Positions 58,358 to 64,000 of a DNA stretch of 64,000 nt are shown one piece after another; position 1 is the stretch's first letter, and every line of letters begins with the position of its first letter. Source of the stretch: a virus (Duplodnaviria > Caudoviricetes). The DNA lies in IMG/VR virus record IMGVR_UViG_3300037722_001090; one strand, 5' to 3'. The translations under genes and the position numbers were made by a program. The notes below the pieces were generated by a model. The model had not been told where the DNA came from. It was given only the letters and a program-made list of their open reading frames with translations, and did not search any database.

Positions 58358-58645
58358 CTATTTAGATTTATTTAACCATTTTAAGCATTTCTTTTCAGTA
58401 AATGCTTTTATTTCCTCGTCAGTAATGTTTGGGTCATGAATGCGGATCAAATCAAGAAGGCAGATAATAGCATCAATTGCCTCTCCGACAATACCATCTT
58501 CGCTTGGATTCCTATTCTTACGACCGTTATGAATAGCAAGTTCTGTTGATAGTTCACCAACCTCTTCTACTACAGCAAGCATTACATCAGAAACCTTACG
58601 ACCATTAGTGATCGCATCAGATACTTCAAATATAGTTTTAATCAT
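58358..58645 (-). CDS. MazG-like protein
   Basis: VEEVGEL...GEAIDAIICLLD. Confidence 0.6.
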   Translation of the reverse strand: MIKTIFEVSDAITNGRKVSDVMLAVVEEVGELSTELAIHNGRKNRNPSEDGIVGEAIDAIICLLDLIRIHDPNITDEEIKAFTEKKCLKWLNKSK

Positions 58646-59331
58646 TATTTCACTTCATTCATTAACTCTACTGTTTTGCAGTAATTAACTTCATTAAGAA
58701 TATCATTCTTATCCGCAACAGTAAGAAACCTATGATCACGTAACTTTGTACGGATTAACTCACTTGCTCCTCGACAGCTTTTAGAACTAGTAATCAATAG
58801 TTCGATTTGACCAATATCTAAAATTTGATCTTTCACTGTCTCTTTAGTTGGAATCGTAACAATTACTTGTTCTGGTCCATTATTTTTTTGAATGCTTCCA
58901 GAAATAGATTGCCACTGGTCATCAGTTAAAAGATCCTTAAAGGTATGATGGTCTTGAAAATGATAAATACTCATACAATTTTGGATATGAATATCCATAA
59001 ATTTTTGTAACGAAAGAACAATATCTTTCATATCTGCAAATGGATACTCAGGGATATCTTTCCTGTTTATAAGTACACTAACTATAGGGTCTATTGATTC
59101 ACGACCCCAATCAGAATTAATAATACTCATAACATGATGTTCAGTAGGAAGCATCTTATTATTATCAATATTTATATTCCATTTATTAAATATTGGAAAT
59201 AATATAGCGGTTATAATACCAATTATTGCAATACCTATTAAAAGTTCAATGAGAGAAAAGCCTTTTTTATTTTTAATCATTGCTTGTATTCCTGTTTTTC
59301 TTATAACCCTCGACAATAAAATATTCACCAC
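58645..59331 (-). CDS. protein with type IV prepilin-like N-terminal motif
   Basis: KKG|FSLIELLIGIAIIGII class III signal. Confidence 0.65.
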   Translation of the reverse strand: MVNILLSRVIRKTGIQAMIKNKKGFSLIELLIGIAIIGIITAILFPIFNKWNINIDNNKMLPTEHHVMSIINSDWGRESIDPIVSVLINRKDIPEYPFADMKDIVLSLQKFMDIHIQNCMSIYHFQDHHTFKDLLTDDQWQSISGSIQKNNGPEQVIVTIPTKETVKDQILDIGQIELLITSSKSCRGASELIRTKLRDHRFLTVADKNDILNEVNYCKTVELMNEVK

Positions 59332-60109
59332 TCAAAGTTCCATCAGTAAAATAATTAATAGAATTTACCGTAGTTTGAACAGTGCGCCAGAAACATACCT
59401 CTACACCATAAATATTAAATATCTCAGCAGCATAAAAATCACGCAACTTAGGATACTCTCTTTTTATCATTTGATACAATACTTCATAGAGGTGTATGTC
59501 AAAACTAAGTTCTTCTTGACGTGTATCAGTAGAGATTCGACGAGCTTGAACATAGCTTACATTAGGATAATTCCCAGCGAGCTTAATTATATCTTTAAAC
59601 TCATCGATATTATAGTGATTTACAACAATTGAAACTCTAGAGTTAGGAGTGTTTGTTAAGATATAATCCCAATTAGGAAGATCTGATCTGCCCATAATCG
59701 CCTTATTTGATTCAGGATTAAGCGCATTAATGGAATAACCAATCTCATCATCACAAAGCTGAATAATATCCATCTTCTTTTCAGCAAGATAACCATTAGT
59801 GCGAAGACCAACAGTAAAGCTTCTGTTCTTCAAGAAGATAATTAACTGAGCAAGAAACTTATATTGAAGTGAATCAACATTCTGTCCAGTAATATAGATT
59901 TTTGTGATTTCCTTTTCTCTACACATGTCCAAAAAGGCATCAAAATTCTCCCACTCCAAGAAATGAGTATCAATCTGATTATGTAAAGTTAGTAGTTCAT
60001 CAATATCTTTACCTAGGCAAAAATAGCAATTAGCATTACACTTACCAAGCAGGTTAATATTGGCAAACGTATACTTCTCTCGCTCTCTGTTTTTATCAAA
60101 GATTTCCAT
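59273..60109 (-). CDS. radical SAM protein
   Basis: KCNANCYFC, ITG, LRTNG, YSINA. Confidence 0.8.
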   Translation of the reverse strand: MEIFDKNREREKYTFANINLLGKCNANCYFCLGKDIDELLTLHNQIDTHFLEWENFDAFLDMCREKEITKIYITGQNVDSLQYKFLAQLIIFLKNRSFTVGLRTNGYLAEKKMDIIQLCDDEIGYSINALNPESNKAIMGRSDLPNWDYILTNTPNSRVSIVVNHYNIDEFKDIIKLAGNYPNVSYVQARRISTDTRQEELSFDIHLYEVLYQMIKREYPKLRDFYAAEIFNIYGVEVCFWRTVQTTVNSINYFTDGTLSGEYFIVEGYKKNRNTSND

Positions 60110-61347
60110 TAGATTTTCCCAGTCAAGTTAAAGATAATATCAGCATGATCAGAAAAGATTTCTCCATTCTCACTCATAGACTCAATCTCATACAAAGGGA
60201 TCCATTTAGCGAAAGCAGCGTCATCAGACCCCTTGACCTTAGATAGGCCAGATGCTCTAGAAGGAAGTTCAATTAAAAATGCATGGGTAATAATACGACC
60301 ACGAAGATCACGATCAGGATGATCAAATACTCCGGTCTTTGCCTTCTTAAACAAGTCAAGAAGCATTGCAGGCGGAACATCAATCTTAGTTTCCTCAACA
60401 AGTTCACGCCTACCAGCAGCACGAATAGTTTCACCTTTAGCTGCATCAAGAAATCCACCAGGAAGAGCCCACTGCCCATTACCAGGCTGTCCACCACGCT
60501 GGATCATAAGAACATGTCCAGACTCAATCATAACTGCATCAGTAGTTACAAACGTAGGAGCATAAGGAGCAACCTCCCATGACTTCCTATATTTCTGAAC
60601 AAAGAGATATTCTTTATGTAGACGTTCATAGTTTTCAGACTTACTCCAATCAAGCAAATAATTAAGAACGCTATTAGGAAGAAACTCTTTTGCTATTTCA
60701 ATAAAAGGAACAAGACGACAGTCATCTTTAAAGTATACATTCCTTATATCATTAGCATTAAGATCACCCTTAGAGCTTACCTCAACAAAGTCCCACTGAG
60801 GAAACATATCAAGATAAAAACTAGAAGCATCCTTACGATGTCCAATAACAGCAATCTTAGGTGACTTATAAAATGCACCACTATTACTGTATCCATTATA
60901 GGTGATACGAGCAATTTGAAGTCCAACTTCTTTAGCCCAATGCTGATCATTATAAGCATAGTCTGCAATGCCTTTAATTTTAAACCGACCAACAAGTTCA
61001 GGTATGCACTCTTCAATTGCAAGAGTAATCATAACTTCTCTGTCTTCCATTCTCCATGGATTCTTAATAGAGCGTGCACGATTACGCGAACCGCACAAAA
61101 TAATTACTTCATTAGCAAGCCTAGATGCTTCTTTAAGGACATGTATATGTCCTAGGTGAATAGGCTCGAATCTTCCGATAAAAATAATCTTATCATATTC
61201 TTTCTTTTCAGTTTCTTTTTCAAACTGAGGTTGTACATCTTTGTCAGACCATAGCTTTCTTATACGACCATAATCATCATCACCAGGCCCATAAAATGGC
61301 AGTGATTTTCGGTTAGGTCCTTGTCCAGGACCAAATAGTGTTTCCAT
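60109..61347 (-). CDS. bifunctional NMN adenylyltransferase / Nudix ADP-ribose pyrophosphatase
   Basis: IGRFEPIHLGH, KNPW, WALPGGF...RELVEET, DDA..A.W. Confidence 0.93.
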   Translation of the reverse strand: METLFGPGQGPNRKSLPFYGPGDDDYGRIRKLWSDKDVQPQFEKETEKKEYDKIIFIGRFEPIHLGHIHVLKEASRLANEVIILCGSRNRARSIKNPWRMEDREVMITLAIEECIPELVGRFKIKGIADYAYNDQHWAKEVGLQIARITYNGYSNSGAFYKSPKIAVIGHRKDASSFYLDMFPQWDFVEVSSKGDLNANDIRNVYFKDDCRLVPFIEIAKEFLPNSVLNYLLDWSKSENYERLHKEYLFVQKYRKSWEVAPYAPTFVTTDAVMIESGHVLMIQRGGQPGNGQWALPGGFLDAAKGETIRAAGRRELVEETKIDVPPAMLLDLFKKAKTGVFDHPDRDLRGRIITHAFLIELPSRASGLSKVKGSDDAAFAKWIPLYEIESMSENGEIFSDHADIIFNLTGKI

Positions 61348-61371
61348 AGGAACTCCTCCTTGGGTTGTTAT

Positions 61372-61402
61372 AAAAAAAGGGGGACGCAAAGTCCCCCTTT
61401 TT
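61372..61402. terminator. bidirectional terminator-like hairpin
   Basis: A7-GGGGGAC-GCAAA-GTCCCCC-T5. Confidence 0.75.
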
Positions 61403-61545
61403 ATTCAATTGTTATTTAATTCTTTTAGTGCCTGTATTGGCAACTACTGCAAACATATTGTCCATTTCTTGTACGATTAACTTTTTCACCACACTTGGGA
61501 CAAAAGCCAATAATACAATTAAGGCTTTGCAGATACCACTTCGTA

Positions 61546-61902
61546 TTACTGATTAACTTCCTCAGCGGCATTGGTGCCCTCCGAGATAAGTCCTTCAATA
61601 ACAGCTTTAGCAGCAGCGTCATCATCACCGAAGAAGTCTTTCATCCGGCCAATGAAACGCTCACCACGAGCATTTTTGTCGGAAAGAAGAATATTTTCTT
61701 CAGTTTTAGCAGCTTCGAAAGCAACGAGAGCAGCTTGCAGAGCTTCAACGGCTTTTGCATTATCAGCGATAACGGCGGCATTCTTAGCAATACCAACCTT
61801 AACACGAGCTTCTGCCTTGTCAAAATAACCAAGACCAGCATCGATATCTTTGCTACCACTGCACTTGCCAAAATGAAACCATTTTTTAATAGCTTTAAGC
61901 AT
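61546..61902 (-). CDS. Ala-rich coiled-coil hypothetical protein
   Basis: 118 aa, phage-like codon usage. Confidence 0.55.
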   Translation of the reverse strand: MLKAIKKWFHFGKCSGSKDIDAGLGYFDKAEARVKVGIAKNAAVIADNAKAVEALQAALVAFEAAKTEENILLSDKNARGERFIGRMKDFFGDDDAAAKAVIEGLISEGTNAAEEVNQ

Positions 61903-61927
61903 TTTTTAAATCCTTTATAAGAGTTGT

Positions 61928-62005
61928 TGGCTAGGGATGAGAGATTCGAACTCCCGCAAGACGCAGGATCAAAACCTGCCGCTCTACCAATTGAGCTAAT
62001 CCCCA
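61928..62005 (-). tRNA. tRNA-Gln(TTG)
   Basis: U1-A72, G73, CCA. Confidence 0.9.
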
Positions 62006-62059
62006 ATGAAAAATACAACCTAGTTTCGCACCATGCTAATAGGTTGGAATAATATGTTA

Positions 62060-62207
62060 TTGTGAGGAATAAACGATGAGAGTATATTATACGCGTTCTA
62101 GCCAGTTAAACTACAGCCCTAGATTATATTACACTAGTAGAGCCGTCAGGATTTGAACCTGAATTCCGTCCTTGACATGGAAGTAACTCTTATCTACACC
62201 ATCACAA
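62060..62207 (-). ncRNA. YrlA-like Y RNA / permuted tRNA mimic
   Basis: T arm plus CGGCTCT precede AGGGCTG plus D arm; closing stem TTGTGA/TCACAA. Confidence 0.65.
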
Positions 62208-62216
62208 AATAAAAAT

Positions 62217-62291
62217 TGGTAGCTCCTGACAGAATTGAACTGTCTTTTTCGCTTTGTAAGAGCGACGTAATGCCCATTATACCAAGGAGCT
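62217..62291 (-). tRNA. tRNA-Val(TAC)
   Basis: TCGCT-CTTACAA-AGCGA, CCA. Confidence 0.85.
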
Positions 62292-62303
62292 ATCTTATAA
62301 ATA

Positions 62304-62391
62304 TGTATAAGGAATTAGCGAAAACGGAAATGTGTGCTTGGTTTATATTCAATTATAAGTAAGAAGTAACCGTTCTCTTCGCCATTATACA
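62304..62391 (-). ncRNA. short Y-RNA-like element without tRNA domain
   Basis: TGTATA-ATGGCGAAGA-GAACGG-TTACTTC...CCGTTT-TCGCTAATTCCT-TATACA. Confidence 0.6.
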
Positions 62392-62401
62392 ATTCTAAAT
62401 T

Positions 62402-62477
62402 TGGTGGGGCCTTCCGGTAACGATCCGAATTCTTCTGTTCTTCAAACAGACGTGAGCACCTGCTTCACCAAAGCCCC
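62402..62477 (-). tRNA. tRNA-Phe(GAA), atypical T loop
   Basis: TCTGT-TTGAAGA-ACAGA; T loop ATCGTTA; CCA. Confidence 0.8.
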
Positions 62478-62754
62478 AAATACCTCATCAGTATGTAATT
62501 CGTAAAGTTAAGAGGCATACATTCCATGTACTTTATTACCGCAAGAGGCTCGCTCTTAACTAAATTGTAAACTATAGTCCATATATCCGTTACATTAAGT
62601 GGTTTTGAAACCTATGTCTTCAGTGCCCCTCCAACATACTTTACTTAAACGCCCACTACAAGACACAATGCTTGCTAAAAGTCTCGCGTAATATACAGAA
62701 TTGCCACGTAAACGTGGTCTTCAAGCCCGATAGATTAAATCCAGAGCGGGAACA

Positions 62755-62830
62755 TGGTGTGCGCGGTCGGGATTGAACCGACGACCTGTAGATTAAAAGT
62801 CCACTGCTCTACCAACTGAGCTACGCGTAC
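62755..62830 (-). tRNA. tRNA-Lys(TTT)
   Basis: canonical cloverleaf, CCA. Confidence 0.92.
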
Positions 62831-62833
62831 ATT

Positions 62834-62974
62834 TTTATTAGGGTATAAGCGAAAAGAGTGTTTAAATCGGATGCTCTACCAACTGAGCTATATCGTTCGC
62901 GTGAGCTTTCAATAATGGGAATTGAACCCATGACCGTCTGAGGGGAAGTATCTCTTATCTACGCCACTAATAAA
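62834..62974 (-). ncRNA. YrlA-like Y RNA / permuted tRNA mimic
   Basis: TTTATTAG/CTAATAAA closing stem; T arm before D arm. Confidence 0.65.
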
Positions 62975-62980
62975 CTTTAA

Positions 62981-63400
62981 TTAACTTGTTCTACCTATAG
63001 TTAGATGTAATCCATAATCATATGGAAAACCCATCTCTTTTCTGATATCAATGAGAAAATCACATTCAACATCAATAAACCAAAAAGGACTTGGCACGCT
63101 TAAGCCAGTTCTATCACCAGCTTGTCTTACGTTGCTACTATAAGTAAATTCTACTTCTAAGCCATTATACTTTTTCCAAAGATCCATATTATTTGGAAAT
63201 GGCTTCTCTCCTCGTATGATCGAAACATGTGAACCCCAAGATGGTTTGTTAAGCTCAACCCCCATCTCTTTAAAGGCCCACCAGCGATAATATCTAGTAA
63301 TATCTGCATCAATATTAAGAACACACCACCAGTCTTTTTTTTTCTTAAGTCCTGGCCTATAAGGATCATACTGAATAATGCCTTTACTGCTATGAATCAT
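62981..63400 (-). CDS. 2H phosphoesterase-like protein
   Basis: SHVSI and LHLTI (two HxS/T motifs about 70 aa apart). Confidence 0.6.
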   Translation of the reverse strand: MIHSSKGIIQYDPYRPGLKKKKDWWCVLNIDADITRYYRWWAFKEMGVELNKPSWGSHVSIIRGEKPFPNNMDLWKKYNGLEVEFTYSSNVRQAGDRTGLSVPSPFWFIDVECDFLIDIRKEMGFPYDYGLHLTIGRTS

Positions 63401-63604
63401 TACACTTTATTAGGCGGATTTTCCTGCCAGCGCTTCAGAGCTTTTTCAGCAACAGGATCACCGGGATGAAGTTCAAGATGTTTAGCAAGAATACGCATTT
63501 TATTATCACGAGTACGTGCACGCTTAGCGGCAATTTCACCCGGAGTAGCTTTTTTACCATTTTTACCTTTAGCCATGACAAACTCCATAATTCTAGTTAT
63601 AGGT

Positions 63605-63681
63605 TGGTGCCCCATATTGGATTTGAACCAATGACCTTCCGCTTCGTAGGCGGACGCTCTATCCAGCTGAGCTAATGTGGC
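63605..63681 (-). tRNA. tRNA-Arg(ACG)
   Basis: canonical cloverleaf, CCA. Confidence 0.92.
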
Positions 63682-63687
63682 AAATTA

Positions 63688-63830
63688 TTTTACAAGGAAC
63701 AAACGACAACACAAATTTTTAGCGCTCTACCGATTGAGCTACACATATGCTTTTGGCATACATGACAGGACTCGAACCTGCAACCACTCTATTAGCATTA
63801 GATGTAAGTGTTATCTACGCCATTGTAAAA
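63688..63830 (-). ncRNA. YrlA-like Y RNA / permuted tRNA mimic
   Basis: TTTTACA/TGTAAAA closing stem; T arm-CATGTAT-G-CCA-linker-ATATGTG-D arm. Confidence 0.68.
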
Positions 63831-63846
63831 CTGAAATTTTCTTAAG

Positions 63847-63994
63847 AAATATAAGGAACATTCGGATACAGATAGTTTTTTGTGCTACCATTACAACACA
63901 TGCCCATGTTTCATTATGGTGGACACGCTCGGATTCGAACCGAGACCGCATTATTATAAGTATTGAAGTAACTGTATTCTACACCATTATATTT
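63847..63994 (-). ncRNA. YrlA-like Y RNA / permuted tRNA mimic
   Basis: T arm-CGTGTCC-A-CCA-linker-GGGCATG-D arm; inner stem ATACAG/CTGTAT. Confidence 0.68.
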
Positions 63995-64000
63995 TTCTTA

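Noticed and set aside
1654-61920. Numerous short plus-strand ORFs in the track (e.g. 1654-1875, 24874-25446, 40230-40667, 61495-61920)
   Set aside because: They are antisense shadows of well-supported minus-strand genes. Only the three plus-strand endonucleases have motifs and upstream signals.
62480-62750. tmRNA or hammerhead ribozyme
   Set aside because: No tmRNA acceptor/T-arm ends; CTGATGAG is not followed by a stem II and GAAA core.
1-64000. Genome-wide TAG reassignment (genetic code 15)
   Set aside because: Long genes are uninterrupted under code 11, and TAG acts as a true stop before terminators or out-of-frame starts (e.g. 31986, 2804).

Overview
A 64 kb, AT-rich segment of a large (jumbo-type) tailed bacteriophage genome. 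Nearly all genes lie on the minus strand, no structural genes are present, and the host cannot be named from this window. It encodes nucleotide and replication functions (ThyX, an N-terminal-only DnaE, dNMP kinase, UDG, DNA ligase), NAD and ADP-ribose enzymes (intron-split NAMPT, NMNAT-Nudix, PARP, NADAR), RNA-repair enzymes (two RNA ligases, Thg1, kinase, phosphatases), PhoH, CoaD, three radical-SAM proteins, eight homing-type endonucleases and about 14 tRNA or tRNA-like genes. The most unusual part is 19-29 kb. It holds a complete PRTRC-type ubiquitin-like cassette (Ubl, E2-like, JAB, E1) and an effector-less retron-type reverse transcriptase. The RT is flanked by an ~800 nt ornate structured region upstream and an ~400 bp polylinker-like array of restriction-site palindromes downstream. 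Further upstream is an amber suppressor tRNA followed by two ORFs with in-frame TAG codons (a leader peptide and a Pth2-like gene). Other highlights are six Y-RNA-like elements (four are circularly permuted tRNA mimics), an ncRNA containing a near-copy of the 23S rRNA L11-binding domain, endonuclease cassettes that split tRNAs or gene starts while carrying a replacement, and one GTTATTAACA motif upstream of every endonuclease gene. All calls are from manual motif reading; no database searches or folding programs were run.
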